Source of the DNA: Cycas panzhihuaensis
Lineage: Eukaryota; Plantae; Cycadophyta
Length of the DNA stretch: 64,000 nucleotides
Reading direction: 5' to 3'
NCBI GenBank assembly: GCA_023213395.1
Contig: CM041465.1
Span: forward strand, 152,713,741-152,777,740
The notes under the pieces were generated by a model. The model was not told the origin of the DNA. It saw nothing but the letters and a program-made list of their open reading frames with translations, and did no database searches. A program made the translations under genes and the position numbers. Positions within the stretch are counted from its first letter, which is position 1, and the number at the start of each line of letters is the position of its first letter. Of the stretch, positions 1 through 14,944 are shown in pieces.

Positions 1-3000
1 CACTTACCCATCATCGCCCTCATACTTGTCCTTTCACTCGCCCACTTAACTTTCCATGCAACAAGTCTACCTTCGCCTCATCTTGTCCATCTTCACCATT
101 TTTGCCCATAAACTTCCCCATATAAAATATATGCTAGAGAGTATAAATTCACCTCACTAGTTCTCTTATGTAAATCACACTCTAGAGAGTCTTATCACAC
201 CCATGTACATTGCCATGACACTATTTTATACACTTGTATTCATAGAACAACATCACATCTTAATGCCTTATAATACCATTGAATCAAACTACTTTAAACA
301 TGGAAAAGCATCTACATGAATTAACCATAACAACAAATGATTAAAAAAGGCATCTATATCAAACTCATCTTTATATTAAGTCAATGTAACTTAATATATC
401 TCACATGGGCGACTTAAAGATTATAAAATACCAAATAAATCATATGATATGAAACAACCATGAGAGACCATATATGCTTAAATCAATAAAGGGTAAATTA
501 ATAATAGTGGTGCAATAAAGTACTAAATCAAATAAATCATATCAAATGCCAAAAATGCATTCAGCTAATTGATTAATTTAATATATCAAAGGGCAAATTG
601 GATAATGTGAATGGGTAGTTGTGCATGTCAAATAACATCTCTAGTAACTATATACCTATAATGAGAATGATGACTACAACATATTATCACATGCGATACA
701 GTACATAGGCAACGCAATCTATAATTATCACTGGCAATAGTTGTAGATATTAACCAATGAATAGATGTAAATTTATAACTTTATTTTATCACATGGTTGC
801 TCAAACATCATAAATATCATGGACAAGCAAATTAACACGTAGACCTGAATAGTCATGGCTGAATCAAATATCAATGGTGACGTAATCTTAATCATCACGC
901 TAATGACTCACATAGGCTAAATATTCAATTGGGCGATTGCAAATATATGTCTAGCAACACCAATAATATGCAGACTACTTATATATTATGAAGGCCAGTT
1001 GAAATTTATGTAACAGTTAGGGAACAAGTACATTATTCACAGTTGAACTTAGATATGGGTTAATATATTAAGGGATGATCCTTAATAACTAGTTGGTTAT
1101 CAATCATGTACACAACACACAACATTTGGTAATCAATGTAGGCTTAAAATAGAGGCATCCTAATATAAATGGTTGAAGAAATAAATCATTCCATAGGCCA
1201 TATAATAGATATATTTATACTCGACTGATAGATATATCACCACGTAGAGAGACAACTCAATCATCACACAGTGATCCAATAAACATATAACATATCTCAT
1301 GGGTGATGTAAATATATCATATGGTGTAATATAATAATGTAGAGTATCATACATACGGCTATGACTATTGATGAATATTTGGTAATATCAAATATATTCA
1401 TCAATGCAAATAAAATTATGGGTCATATATATATTATTCAAATCCCAGAATATTATATGAGTGATTAATATATAATAAAACAATAATCATACCTTTGATT
1501 TGATACCATATTATCATTTCATAGATCTACAACTGGCTTGCTAGGGTTTTTATACTCTCCCACTAGCAACTGAGGGCTAGCAATCATCTCTAGGGTATCT
1601 AAACTTGAGGGCTCAAATAAACTTACATGGTTTGCAATAGAGTAAAAACTTATCCACACACCTCCATATAGCTTAGAATACCTATAAACAATGGATAGAA
1701 GGCCCCTAGGATCCACCAGTGATCATCTGTATCAATACATAAGGGTTTCATTTGTTATGGCAATGATATAGGCATAATGACAACAATGGTAGACGAGTTA
1801 TAGAGAAAGGCAACGAAAATACTACAGACACCTGAGCTAAGCAGAATATGGTCACATTATTCATAAAGTTAATGAAATGGACAAAAATGGTTAGGTTGGA
1901 GGAATGTTGACTCCGATACCAGTTGTTATAGACCTTTTTTATAACTTGAGGAGGAGACCAAATATTAAATGCACCAGAGAACTTTGAAAGAGATTTATAG
2001 TCAAAAGACCATATAATTAATTGATAAAATTAAGTGATGTCTAAGAATATAATGAAATCCATATTTATATGAGTATAATGGCCTCTTCACATAAAAGTCA
2101 CAACCCTTCCTTATACACCTTTTCATTTAATGAATAATTAGTTAGTCCTTAAGGAGGTCTATAACAAATCCCCCCCTTTAAGAGGATTTGCCTACAAAAC
2201 ATAATCAAACGATTGCAATCCTTTAAACGAATATTATCTTTAGTTGTAGTAGAGTCTATTAGACAATTGGTCAGATGTTACATGTATTTATTGGAAGATT
2301 CTTCTAGTTAAAAACCTCGATTATATTTTTGGGATACTTGTAGCTACTTCTGGAGTTCTTCACCCTAATTTTCGCGTGGTATGACGTTAATTTTGTTCGA
2401 TCTTTTTCCTAATAACATGATAGTTCTTCCTTCTTTCTTAAATCACATAAATTGTTCATCAATATTCATTTCAAAAGTTCTAAGTGTACTAAGCTATTGA
2501 CTGCCCAACACAATATCTATGCCTCTGACATCCACGACGTAGAAATATTCTATAATGCTGACATTGTTTATTGTGAGGTTAAGGTTCTTCATTATACCTT
2601 GGCCTGAGATTACCTATCTTCCTCCAACAGTTACCTGGAGATGAGAAGTCCTTAATGGAAATAACCTCAGTTGTTACACACAATTTCGATCAATAAAATT
2701 ATGTGTGCTACTTGAATCTATCAAGACTATTACAACCCAATTTTTGATAAATCCTTGTAACTTTAATATATTTGATTGATTAAAATTACTCATAATTGAT
2801 AGTGATATTTGTGGATGGTTGACCTCGAGATTACAGTAGCTCTCTTAATGTTCTAAATGATGATAATTTCCTTAATTATTTCCTAACCCTTGTTCTTCTT
2901 CATCAATATTGTCATCAGCCAGTAATCTAATTGTATATAACTAGTTCTTTTGACATTTATGTCCAAGTTCCCACTTCTCCTCATATCTAAAGCATAGATT

Positions 3001-3482
3001 TCCTCTTCTTAACTCTTGTTTTTCTATTTTTATTTTCTGAATGATTAGTTTAGCAGGTCGATTCAAATGGATTGATAATTGTTTATGTTAAACACTTGGT
3101 AAAGGATTATATCGACTAGGTAGAGGAATATAAATGTTTGTACTAGTTTTACATAAGGTATTATGGTTATCTTCGTGTATTTTGGCTAATTATATTGCCT
3201 TGTTAAGATCCTTCTTTAGTTCTTGAATTTTAACATTAGCTTGGATCTCTATTATCAGACCTTCTATATATAATTAGATAAGTTGATTAGTCAGAATATC
3301 TTCTAACACAGCTTAGCCTTGTAAATGTTGTATTGTATTCTTCCTTCGTAACTCACAATAATAATCGTAATTAGATATGGTTTCAAATCACTCAATGAAT
3401 AAATGCATGAATTCTTTCCAGGTTGGTAGTTGATCTCAAAAAGAGGTTCATTCGAGACACTGCCACCATTTGCATTCTATTC
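1..3482 (-). mobile_element. Truncated copy of compound non-autonomous LTR element (internal region + PBS + LTR-B + PPT + Gypsy protease/gag); paralogue of 44657-48200
   Basis: Colinear with 44657-48200 (roughly 90% by eye, small deletions near 1605 and 3345). Contains the reverse-complemented PBS ctccgatacca (1911-1921), LTR 1924-2166, PPT 2167-2180 and a degenerate LIDSSSTHNFI protease motif. Homology stops abruptly inside gag at ~3482. Confidence 0.9.
1924..2166 (-). repeat. LTR-B copy 1 (243 bp), PBS on one side and PPT on the other
   Basis: TGTTATAGACCT...AGGTCTATAACA; same length and near-identical sequence to 46618-46860 and 50204-50446. Confidence 0.92.
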
Positions 3483-4779
3483 CTAGAGCTTGATATAGGG
3501 CCCCCGGCTAGGAGGTTTGGTGAGCCAACAACCCCCCAAGTAGGGGTTCAAGGGCAGGAGCCCCTAGGAAAAAGTTTTAGGTATCTTATGGGGGTCTTTG
3601 TTGGCCTATGGTTTATGCCTATTGTATTGTAAAACTACAAGGTAATATCTTGTAATGTTATATCTATATATTCTTATGTAACGACACATGTAATATGATA
3701 TGGTCGTTGATGAGTTGAGGAGAATAGTAGGGGTTCATTCATCTATGTAATTCTTTAGTTCTTGCTTAGATTAATTAAAAGTCTATGCTTAGACCTAAAT
3801 CTCTTGGTGTTCTTTGTTGAGTGCTTGATTTGTTTATGTTATTTATTCTTTGCATGGTTTAGAGTTCTATGATCACATTGCTTCTACAATTATATTTTCT
3901 CTTCAAAGCCCATGGTATTAATTATTGGGTTTGGAGGGGTGATGGTAAAAAATTAATGTTAGTTTGGTGGAAAATTAAATGGGATTTTATCCATAGATAG
4001 ATGGGCCATTATTTTTCAAAAAATAAAGGGTAAAACCACATGGTTTTACCCAAGAGGGAGAGGGGGGGGTTGGGGCACAAGTAAGAGGTGGAGTACTAAC
4101 TTCTTGTCCCCTTCCCTAAAGCCTAAAATTAACTTTGATGAGAAAAAGTTGGTAAATAATGCAATAAATATGAATGAGATAAGTTCTCATAAATTTGTAA
4201 TAATGCATGATGCACCATTTTATTTTCATAATAATACATTTTATCCTATTATAATTGTTAAAACAATGCTTATTGCTCCGTTGTAAAAAGTGTAATGGTA
4301 CACCTTGCACTATTATTTTACACAATATCCCATTGTAATGTAATGACCAGACAACATTCAAAAGGGTGTCTTACAATTATATTTTTATAAAGGCGTGCCT
4401 ATATCATTATATTTTTCATAACAATATAAGATACATCATGGTAAAAATTATAATAATATCAACTTCTATAATGGTAGTAGGAGTTTTAGGAAAAAGGATG
4501 AAATAATTATAACATTTACAAAAAAGAAATTCATAAAAAATGGTGATTAAAAGATGGAAAAGGACTCCAAAGGAACTTAGGATATGTTGAGGATTCATTT
4601 CTTGTTGAATGAGGCTTGGGTATATGATTTCCATTATATTACTTATAGGTATCTTATCATCATTGATCAAATACTCAAATACCCATCACTAAATAATAGG
4701 TAAATGTGAATTTAGATATGTATCAAAGTAGAAAATCAATTGAAATATAAATTCGAAATGCAGACTTACCTTACTTGAT

Positions 4780-5460
4780 CCATGGTAAATGCTAGAATCT
4801 CGATTTTTGGGAAATCGATGATAATACAACTATGGGTTGTCATTTGTTATTTCTACTTATGATATTAACAAATAGTTTAAACACATACATTATTACTGAT
4901 ATTCCACTATCGAGATCACTACTCTAGTCTACATCTATGTATCCAACTAATAAATCTAGGCTTAGACTGATGTTACTTCTATTGTAACACCATATATTGA
5001 CTTACTACTACCACTATTAATGTAATTCTAGGTTTGGCATAAACCATAACATATATCAAACTACCTATTTTACTCCTATATGGAACTAATTCTATTAACT
5101 TTTCCCTCTTCAACCTTTTAAGGACATATGTCTACAGATAATTTATAGTTGGCATCTACAAGTGTTCTTATGAATTTGTGAACTTGCATTCCAAAAATTT
5201 TGAGGATGTCACCTAAGTTCATATATTGACTTAAACATTTCTTTTTCTCTTTTATATTTCTTAAGATTAGTAATATGAAATGGTAATAAATTTCTTTAAG
5301 ATCTTTTGTTATAAATTTAGATAACAAATAATCTTCTACATATGATAAAAGTTTTTTGTTCTTGGAAAATAAAATGATATCATCAACATGAAGAGCAATT
5401 ATGAAAATCATACAATTATAAATGCAAAATATCCTAAAATTTACATGATTTCTTTAGTTC
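4780..5460 (-). pseudogene. Ty1/Copia reverse transcriptase remnant
   Basis: ORF 5118-5411 has IALHVDDII (YVDD motif) and KDL/LSQ motifs; downstream PYRSKIGSLIYVMV resembles the Copia RT C-terminus. Confidence 0.8.
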
Positions 5461-5934
5461 AATTATATCCCCTTTTTTTGGAAAAAAAAAAGGTTTATGA
5501 ATTAATTACAATCAAACTTCTTTATCAATAGACACAAGGTCTTGATTTAATATTATGGCATGTGCTTCTTATTAGACTTTAGTGTTCATTTAATGGTTTA
5601 TAACCTTATGTTATGGACCTTCTCTTTAATTTTTGTATTATATTAGTGTAACATTATTTTATGTTTTATGAAGTGCTGAGTTAATGGGGGTTAGGTCTCT
5701 CACCTTATATGTGTCACACTAGGTATGATTAATATTATCCTAAGTATTATATATAGTATATATAGGTTATTTTATTAAATGCATTAGTAAGAAGTAAGGA
5801 TTATTGATCCACTTGTGTAATATGAGACATTTTTTTAATAGAGATTAAATGAAAATTTTTAAAATTAATTTATAATATTTTGATAGTTAATCCTATCAAT
5901 TATTATCCTCATTACATGCATTACTATAATGTCT

Positions 5935-5946
5935 TGGTATCAAAGC
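5935..5946 (+). promoter_or_regulatory. tRNA-iMet-type primer binding site of an unresolved old element
   Basis: tggtatcaaagc; no partner LTR identified. Confidence 0.45.
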
Positions 5947-7499
5947 ATATTCATAGTACATTATCAATTGTAATTACTAGTTAATTTATAGGATTTGATC
6001 GCTGCTTAAAATTTACATATGTGACATGTATTAATATCTAGTTTCTTAGTTGAGCTATTCAGTTTTGGAGGTAATTTTTAATATGCATGTTGTAAAGTTT
6101 AAATTATAAGTAGTTGGGCATGTAGGAAGTCAAGTACTAAATAATAGGCTTTGAGATATACAAACAGACATATGTCACATGTAGGTGGAAATATTTATAT
6201 GCAAGGAAAAAAGTATCACATGCAACCTAATAATCAATCTCTGAAGACAATAGAAGATGAAGACCTCTATTCCAATATCCTCTCACTAAAGTGTTTATAA
6301 GCTAAACACTTGATAAAAAAGTTATATAGTGACTATGCTCTTAAGGTTAAATTCAATGGAATGTAATCTCTACTAGTGAAAAGAATTGAAAAGGATCTCT
6401 ATAATATTGAATAAAAGCTATTATAAATATTAAATCAAAATACTAAAATTAGGATTAAAATGATGAATTTTTAAACTATTGAAAGGGGTGTTTTATTAAA
6501 ATAAGAATATTCTATATTTTATATTATAAAGTTTCAAACTATATAAAAATAAAAATTAAAAAATAAGCCTCCTATGAATTTTGATGACATGTGCACAAGG
6601 TATCCTACATAAGGAAACTTGCATATTGACCTACAGTTTGGCAACATATGGCTTTATATTTGATTGATTAAATACATAGTGTGAAGCATAGGATCAAAGA
6701 TATCTAATGTACAGATAGCCACTTAATATACTAGCCAATCATTGCACAGAGAAATAAGCTAATAAAGTAGTTACTGACATGCCCAACATAGAAATAAGGA
6801 AATGCATCCCATATTCATCATATACACAACAAAATGTCAATGATAGAAGGACAAACAAGTAGGCCATTCAATATAAACATAAACACTAAGATGAGTGGAA
6901 TAGAAGGAACATAAATAAAGGATATAGATAAAAAATGCACGAACTCAGATGCCACAATACCTAATAAGCTAAGAAAGATTAGAAGGAAAACCATCACAAA
7001 GGCTAAATAAAGTTGAATAAATATTCATTGGTTTATCACAATAAGCAATGAGGTCAAACGGGGTGAAGGAAGCAAAATGTAGACTTAGGAATCTTCATTG
7101 CATACCCAATGATGCTAGAAGCAATAAAACCCTTTAGTGTGACATGTCAAACTAACTGTTGAAAGATTGACTATGCATTATGGAAGAAAATTTTATAAGA
7201 AACTACTTCTTTTATGAGATGTAACTGAAGAACCTAAATTGATTCACATGATTACTTTTTCTCTCATACAAAAGATTTTCTCTTCTAAGTACGAACATTA
7301 TAAGTTAGTACATATACCACCCTTGATATCTGATTCCCTTAATTGTATCATACCCCAATCAAGCATAACACCTTAATTTGATATCTTGGCATAACTTGAT
7401 TAGAGCTTTCTTGCTTAGATGTCCCCTTTACATATAACACCTTCTCCTATAGATGTCATTCCCTTTGCATCAATTACTATATTACCCCAATCAACTCCC

Positions 7500-10135
7500 A
7501 TAAATAAAATCCCTCATAGTTGTTAATATCACTACTATACCAGGGGCCAAGCCTAAGCATTAAAAACAAAGGCCTATTCACCTATGACTTTTTTCCACCA
7601 TCAAATAAGAAGTAGAAAAGCTTCCTAGGAAAAGATTTATTAAATTTATCAATTATTTTGAATGGGCATCCATCATCATCTACATTTCCAAAAGAATGGC
7701 TCTATTTGCATTTGTATTGACTTTCATGATATAAACAACACTTGTCCTAAAGATAATTTTCCACTCCTTTTTATTAATCAGATCTAGGATAAAATCATCA
7801 ACTTTGAAGTGATGTCCCTTATGGATCATTTTTTAGGCTTTAATCAAATCCTTATCTCACTTGAAGACCACTATAAGACTACCTTCATCACCCCTTGGGA
7901 TATATTTCTTTATAAGGTTATACCCTTTGGTCTCAAAAATGCTGGTGCAACTTACTAGCAAGCCACGGTATTTATCTTTCATCACTTGTTGGGACATACT
8001 ATAGTAGTATACCTTGATGACATGCCATATCTATCACGTCATCAAGGGGACCACATTCATGACCTAAATACCATCTTTGAAAGATGTCAAAAATACTAAC
8101 TTTATTTAAACCATAACAAATGTATTTTTCTAGTTGCCTCTGGAAAGATGCTTAGTAACATTATCTCTAAAGATGGTATTTATTATAGATTCAGATAAAG
8201 TTTTAACCATCATTAATATGCCACCATCACATACTTAAAAATAAGTAAAATCCTTCTTGAATAGACTTGGTTTTTTATGATAAATCATCATTGGCTTTGC
8301 CCTAAATGCTAAACCCTTAACCAACCTCCTCAAGAAAAGTGTCCTATTAAATGGACCTCAACCACTCAAGAATCTTTTGGTAAGCTTAAATAAACCCTTA
8401 TATTGGCTCTCATCCTTGCCTCACCTAATTTTGATAAGTCATTTATCCTATATACTACCTTCATAGAAGAATCTTTGGGTGCTATGTTAGCCCAAGAAGA
8501 TGAATTTTTTAAAGAATAGGTTATCTACTTCATTAGTAGTGCTTTGGTAGCTGCCAAGATTAACTATTCCTCATCTAAAAAAAGTGTTTGGCCTTGATTT
8601 ATGCTACCAAAAGGTTATGATATTACTTGCTAAGTAATACTACTCTTGTGATCCTCCAATCAGATCTAATTCATCTACTACTCACCAAGATGGACTTAAT
8701 AGGATGAGCTGGTAGGTGGGCCCTTCTACTATAAGAATTTAACTTAAGAGTGGTTAATTAAAAGTCAAAAAAGGAATAGTTGTTATCAAATAACCAGCTA
8801 CAACACCACTTCCCAATTATAACTCCACCATTATCAATGACTTGCTCCTAGATGAACATATCCTACAAGTTGACATTATCCCCATTGATCATAACTAGTA
8901 TGATGACATTCGCATTTATCTCTTAGATTAAACTTACCCCCCTAATGTCAATTCCAAGAAGATAAAAAGAATAAGGGCCTTTACTCACCAATACCTTCTT
9001 TTAGATGACATATTATATAAATAATCTTTTGATAGAATCTTGTTAAGAAGTCTTCCACCTTTAAAGGCCTTGCTTTGGCCGAATACCATAATGACATTTG
9101 TGGGGGTCATTTCAGTGGTGAGTCAACATTATAATGAACCCTTTAAATGGGTTATTATTGGCCATTTCTATTTAGTGATGCACATTCATATATGCAAAAG
9201 TGTAAAAAATGCTAACACATTCCTGTTTGATCCATCAACTAGCCACTTCACTCAGATTGATCCTTGCCCCTTAGCCATTCTCTCAATGGGGTCTTGACCT
9301 TATTGGGTAAATTTACCCCCCATCTTCTACCAAACATAAGTACATCCTAACCATAATTGAATATTTTATAAAATAGAGTGAGGCAATCCCTTTGACAAAT
9401 ACCACTAGAAAAGTGGTTACCACTTTCATCTTCCAATATATCATCTACCAGTTTGGAGTCCTTAACATTATCATCATGGATAATAAAACCCTATTTTTTA
9501 ATTCTTAAGTTAACAAACTTTATAATCAATTTTATATTACCCATAGGACATCATCCCCTTACCACCCACATACTAATGGCCAAATTGAAGCCTTCAACAA
9601 AACCTTGATAAAGGTCTTAGCTAAAAGGATTGTTGACTACCAACAAGATTGACATACTAAACTTTTCCTTACTTTGTGGACTTATTATACTTCAATTAGG
9701 ATAGCTATAGAGATGACTCCTTTTTCATTAGTCTATGTAACTAAAGTCATACTACCATTAGAGATTAAGATCCCCTCGCTTAACGTATCATTTAAACACT
9801 TCATTGACAAAGAATGGTTGAGGCAAATAAGACTTTTAGAACTTAAGAAGATGGATGAAATCCATCTTGATGCCCATGAAAAGAACTTGGCCTTAAAACA
9901 TCAAGCCCAGGTAGCTCATGATCAACATTTGAGACCAAGGTAATTTCATGTAGGAGACAAAGCACTTAAACTTGAATATTTATATTAAAAATAACAAAAA
10001 ATTAACTCCAAGTAGGTAGGCCCTTATTTACTTATTATATATCTAAATAATGGAGCCTATTATCTCTCTACCCTTGATGGGTTTGAGTTCTAAATATCCA
10101 TTAATTCTTAATTTTTGAGAAATTATTATGCTTAG
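7500..10135 (+). pseudogene. Decayed Ty3/Gypsy (Tat/Athila-type) pol: RT - RNase H - integrase
   Basis: CIDFHDINNTCPKDNFPLP, KVIPFGLKNAGATY, YLDD, PFSQWGLDLIG, TPFSLVY..LPLE and a GPY-type C-terminus; many stops and frameshifts. Confidence 0.9.
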
Positions 10136-11459
10136 ACTATCTCCATAATAAAAATAAACTATGACTCTAAAATTTTTCCTATTAAAAAACCTAAACTATA
10201 TTAGGTTAAACATCTTACTTTCCCCAAGACTCATGCTTGGGGGTCACCACTCCAAAAATGAGTAGAAACTAAATGTATATACTTTGTTATCCAAAAATAC
10301 AAAAGAAAATTAAAACTATAAAATAACAAAAAATATATACTTGCATCATTCCCCCTTTCTTCACTTTATTCGAAACCTTTTTAGGTTTCATCCTCCCTTA
10401 ACTTGGCTTAATATAATAATCCTCGATTATTCATGTAACTAGTCAACTTCTTCATTTAGTGTTCTACGGTGCCCAAGTAGCTTCTACCTTAGATAAGTCA
10501 TAGATATTCATGGTACTATCTCTTATTCTTGACTCGTTAAACTACCTAATAACTTTCCCTATACTCTCAATGATTAAAATGTTCTTCATCCCTTAGTCAA
10601 TTGGTGAGCCACCTATTAGACTCCTCATTTACCCTTTATAGTCTATAATTTATCTTCTAAGCAATTAGAAATTTGCCTGTGTAAGTGATTATGTCTTATC
10701 TTTCTTTCTCCCATGGTTCATTAGGTACTTAGTACTAAATTAAACCTTGTTGGTAGTACCCCTTCTACACCTTAATAGTTAGTTATTTAAGACCTTCCCT
10801 TCTACCCCTAAGAGACACTTTGATTGAACATCTTATAAATACCCATAAGTTTTCTCTCAAGGGCATGACCTTAGGATTTTTATCAGTTATATCCCTTTAA
10901 ATCCTAATCCCCTATGGTTTTGTTAATCATGAACATACTCTTAGTCATTCTCATGCACTACACCTTGACAAAAATTGCGTGATGATTTTAGTCACCTATC
11001 CCCTAATAGCCATGACGGTGGATGAGATGAGCCATCTAGAAAATGTATTCAACAATGTTAAGTTTACCTTGACCCTTGTCTAAACCATCATATGGAGTGA
11101 TACCTTTTCAAAAGGAAAAAAAAAAAAAGGAAAAGAGAGAGAAAATTTATGTATATAATGGTTAGCAACTTTTTGGCATTTGGGACATGTTGTGTGTCAA
11201 CTTTATTTCCACCTGCAACATGCAATTCAGATCCGATTGTGTGTATCATATAGGAGCCATGGATCCAATTATTTAGGCCCATTGTGACCTCAATTATGAT
11301 CAAAATCTATTCAACATTTAAAAGGTTATACATTAAGTTGGGAAAAGGTGGATTATAATGATAAAACTAAACCGTGGAGCCCCTATCCACCTAGTTGACT
11401 CACATACTTTCCCCCTATTCATTAGGTTATCTTTGAGTTTGTATCCTTCCCCATTATGG

Positions 11460-11850
11460 CCTTAAACATCTATACTAATGGTGGGAGCTAAGGGAACCCA
11501 AGAATTTTCACTGTAACATGGGGCATCCATGATCATAGGGGAACTATTCTCACCAATGCTAATTTCTTCATCTCATAAGTAATCAATAATAAACCTAAGT
11601 ATCTAAGTCATTAGAGCTCTTATTGATGTTCTTAACTTTCATAATAGACCTACCAATATATTTTTAGATTCTTAAATTATAGTTTACCAACTCATATATT
11701 TTTATCAAACTCATTTGAGCCATTTGCATTCTTTACTTGATGATGTCACTACCCTATTAATATAATTTTTTACTATTACAACTTAACATATTCCAAGAAC
11801 CTAAAATATTAAAGCTAACTTCCTTACCTCCCATATAATTAAATGCCATC
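11460..11850 (+). pseudogene. Degenerate additional (archaeal-type) RNase H downstream of integrase
   Basis: YTNGGS*GNP...NNK..Y...DS*IIVYQ...HIPRT*NIKAN.L remnants, matching the better preserved copies at 22250-22650 and 63480-63880. Confidence 0.65.
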
Positions 11851-14574
11851 ATTTATAGCCTATTTTAGGAGGGTTCTTTTTTCTTTTAATAAGTCAGAGT
11901 AACCTTTCCATTCTCCCCTTGATTTGTACTTAAGGATTTCTTGTCTTCATAATGAGAATCAACTATAACTCTAAAAACCTATCTACTAAAGAGTATAAAC
12001 CATAGTAGTCAAATCCATTGCTAGTAATAGATATTTCACTCTAAAATAAGTATAAACTAATGTAAAAGACCTCATTATCAAGTATCCACAAAAGTATTAA
12101 AAAATAAAATAACATACTCAAAAAGATAAAACCAAAGGGATATATACAACTACCATACATCGACATATGGTATGACCATTACCAAAAGAGAAATATGTAA
12201 CTTTACACTACCAATTAACTATCATTATATTAGGGGACATATGGAGGGGGGTGCTAATAAAGGTTAAGAGTCATAGAATCATAATAAAAACACAATACAT
12301 ATCATATATAAATCATGAGAAATAATGCATATATAATAGAATATGCATTGTACATAAATCATATGATATAACATAATACATCTGGAAGCATATCTCTAGG
12401 AGGTCACTAAAGATGGGACACTTTCAGTAGGTACTAAGGCCAACAAATAAAGATCTAGAGGTGTAAAGGAAGATTAGGTTACCCTCAAAGGGTGTCCATG
12501 CATCATAATGCAGGTTCAAGGACTTGCAGCACACACGTTGCCCTATCTACTCGTGAAGAGTTGAGGTGAACTATTAAGTATAAGTGATGGAAAGGGTGGC
12601 ATCCTTGGGTTACCGAGTAGCTTAGGTGAGGCTCTTCTATCCTTGTTAGGAAAGGAAGTAATAAAGGACTCTCTTTCAGAAAATGGATATAAGATGAGAA
12701 TAAAAGTATAAGACTAAGGTTTGGAGTTTTTTTCTATTTTTCCTAAGGAGTTACCTTTAGGGTTTGGGTTGTGGTGCAAAGTTATGTTTATTGTTTCTCT
12801 TAGTTACAAGAGGAAGTAATGTTGTCTCTTCTTATTTTTAGGGTGTAGTTTATTATATGAAATGAGGTTATTTTGTTTGCAACAAAATGTTTATTTTGAT
12901 AAAGTTTATAAAGTACAAACACTCACCCTCACTCTCTTTTCACTTTGGGGGTCAACCAATGCAAGGAAGAACAAAGGAGAGAATGTTGCAATAATCTCTT
13001 TTTAAGTTTCTTTTCAATGCAAGGAAACATGTGATTTGGTTCCACTATGTTCTGTAGTTTCATTTCTTACATGCATGTGCATACATAAGAATGATAATTG
13101 GGTATAAAGGCTATGTAATATTTCCTTCTCTTAGTTGTGTTCCTTATATATGTAAAGAGAAAGGAATGCATTCACTATTTTCCAATTTCTTTCCAATGTG
13201 CATATGTGTATGCAAAAATAAAAAATAGGAAGTGAAGCTTATGCAACATTTTTCTTTTAATACAAAAGAAGAAGGAAGGAATACTTTTTACTTAATGTTA
13301 TATCTTCCACTTGTATATGCAATATACATGCATAAATAGAAGAAATAATCTCTTCCTTACTATGCTTCTTTCATGAAAGGAGAAAGGAGAAGAGAATGTA
13401 TATGTGCCTTTCTTTTTCCAAAGAAAAAAAACAAGAATGTGCTATATTCAAACTACCCTTTTTACTTTTGTTGCAATAGATGAATTTGAGTGGAGGTAAG
13501 TAAGAGCAAGATGGGTTTTGGAAGAGTGCACCTGGTATGTGATGTTTGATGTTGATCTCATAGTTCCTCATATGCTTCTCCCTTACTAATGACATAAGCT
13601 CCTTTGTTACCATAATAGTTGTTGAGAGTGTAAAAAGAGGGCAGCCTTACCTTTCTTGAATCCAAAATGTAATGTTGCAACAATTAAAAAAAAGGAAAGA
13701 AAGCAATAAAGCAAAAATATTAACCTAACTATAGTACTAAAAGGTGATTGACATTACCTTATGATGAAGAATGATTTGTAAGCGGAAGCAAGCCTCTCAC
13801 CTATAAGACAAAGCAAAGAACTTTTCCCATAAGCAACAAATATATACTTCCTAGATATATTCATACCAATGTTATCAATGTTATTAACATGTGATAATAA
13901 GGAAACAAATACATCTACCTTCCTTTTTGAGACTTAAACATGTAAGAAACAAAATGAAATTGAGAGGGAGAAGAGGGTGGTACCTCATAATAGAAAGGCC
14001 TCCTATGTTGCTACAATCTCCAAAGTAGCAAAAGGTATCACTTGGTTTGGTATGTTCCTCAAGATAAGAATCCAAAGATGAAGGGAAGTAAAATGGTAGG
14101 GATATGGAGTGCCAATGGTAAGCACCAAATTATCTATGGGTGATTAATTGATTTAGACTTATGTTGGAGGAAGTTTGTGTATGCACAAATGGAATAGGAA
14201 GGTGGGGATAAAATGAGAGGGATTACCCATGGAGGGGGTGTTAAGCTAGAGTTTTGTGCCTCTTTCTCCTTCTCTAACTCCTTTAAACTTGTTGGTTTCC
14301 TTCCCACTTTCTCCTACAATAGCCTTCAAGGAACTTGAGAAAGGTTTATTGTCCAAAGGAGGATGTTTCCCAAGGTTGGAAAGGGGATATTATGTAACAA
14401 ACATATGAAAATTGATTCCTTAAGCATTAGACTAGATCAAAGAGGATCATATAATAAGGAATGAGGGTAAATGACAAGAAAATATGCTAAAAAACTAAAA
14501 TAAACAAGTTGTTTACCTATTTTTAGTAAGTGGAGTTGATCTTTGTGAGAAAACCTTAGGGGAGGACATCTTTT

Positions 14575-14915
14575 TGATGGAGCCGGAGGAGCAGAGCAGG
14601 ACATCACGAGACTTTCATCTTGAGTATAACGGCGATTTCCGAAAGAGTGGCGGTGTTAATAAACACCAGGGAGGTATTCCCAACCCTTAAATAGAGATTC
14701 GGGGAGGCGTCGGGCGCCATCACCCTAGCTGCACAACAATTAAGGTTAGTTTGAAAAAATATAAAAAATAAATAACACCAGAATACGCATTACCTCACGT
14801 GAGTGGTCGGTCCCAAGGCGAATCTGAGCAGTTCAAGGTGCCCTAGGGGCCCTCAAAGGTGGCTTTGAGGGGCCCTAAGCGCTCTAGTGCACAAACATTG
14901 GGATTATTCCCAACA
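14575..14915 (-). repeat. Copia-1 3' LTR
   Basis: First ~180 bp and last ~60 bp identical to the 5' LTR; TATA-like CTATTTAAG on the minus strand at ~14685-14693. Confidence 0.96.
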
Positions 14916-14944
14916 TTCTCTCCCATAAGCCCAATGTGTATGAC

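Noticed and set aside
1160-1716. Short ORFs repeated at 45793-46558
   Set aside because: Similar only because the DNA is duplicated; lengths and frames are not preserved and no domain is recognisable
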